A stretch of 64,000 bases of DNA, taken from NCBI GenBank assembly GCA_964016885.1, contig OZ024753.1, forward strand, positions 6,882,001 through 6,946,000, read 5' to 3'. The translations under genes and the position numbers were made by a program. Shown here in pieces: positions 61,281 through 64,000 of this stretch; the stretch's first letter is position 1, and each line of letters starts with the position of its first letter. The stretch is from Eledone cirrhosa (lineage: Eukaryota). Under the pieces are notes generated by a model. That model did no database searches, was not told the origin of the DNA, and saw only the letters and a list, made by a program, of their open reading frames with translations.

Positions 61281-61890
61281 ATGGTGGCTGCCAACTCGTT
61301 TTCGAGTACGGCCACTACTTTATATCCACGTAGGAGAACCCCTACCGATGCGCTAAACAAGTGTGACTTTTTAGTCCAGCCAGCGACTTGAAAACTCTGG
61401 TACAAACACTACACTTGTGACAATTATTGACACATAGTGCTGGGCCCATGGTACCATGTGACGACAAGTGCAGAGAGATCTCCAGATATAAAGCAATGCC
61501 TGTGCCGTGAAGCTTTTATAGTGAGTAAAGGCACTGCACAAAGCCAGTCCCACTCTCTTAACCAAGATGATATTTACCAAAAAGAAGAACAAGTCAACAT
61601 AATTGGATACCATCAGAGTTGCAGGTGTTATATCAGAGTTTTCCTTCTCCTAGAATTCTGCCTTGACAAAGGCTAAGGGGTCATCTCTCCCGGTGATTTT
61701 GGATGGCCATTGACTCTTAAGAGCTCCTTTGCCCTTTGACAGGTTTTGTTTTTAGTCCCGCAGGATGTCCAAAGTCACCCTCCTCACCAAGAAAACTTGG
61801 TGGGGTTGCCAGTTTAGTCGCCAACGACCCGACCATGAGACAGGTTGTACTGGGATACATGTTACCAGTAGCACCAACTGGTGACCTGAC
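61281..61890 (-). mobile_element. Relative of the 8648-9170 element
   Basis: Ends colinear with 8648-8685 and 8850-9170. Confidence 0.6.

Positions 61891-64000
<2,110 letters not shown>

Overview
Very AT-rich, repeat-dominated eukaryotic DNA. The SINE and LINE families look like octopus/coleoid cephalopod repeats; this is an inference from recalled repeat motifs, not a search. No intact protein-coding gene is visible: all long ORFs in the track are translations of (TA)n, (TACA)n or other tandem repeats. The window contains (1) kilobase-scale interrupted (TA)n tracts; (2) about 20 full or partial copies of a tRNA-derived SINE plus two copies of a second, CORE-like SINE; (3) decayed LINE pieces (CR1-like, RTE-like, Tx1-like, R4/Dong-like); (4) Tc2-type MITEs, one of whose ends has been amplified into a 26/27-bp minisatellite. 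The most striking signal is a set of short, mostly (TA)n-embedded, fold-back elements carrying at least 13 type I hammerhead-ribozyme motifs (CUGANGA...GAAA...UH with paired stem I) from about 8 different families, consistent with Penelope-like pseudo-LTRs or retrozymes. Also notable: a full-length U6 snRNA retrocopy fused directly to the 3' tail of a CR1-like LINE, and an RTE-like insertion with a twin-priming-type 5' inversion. All structures were read by eye, and boundaries of decayed repeats are approximate.
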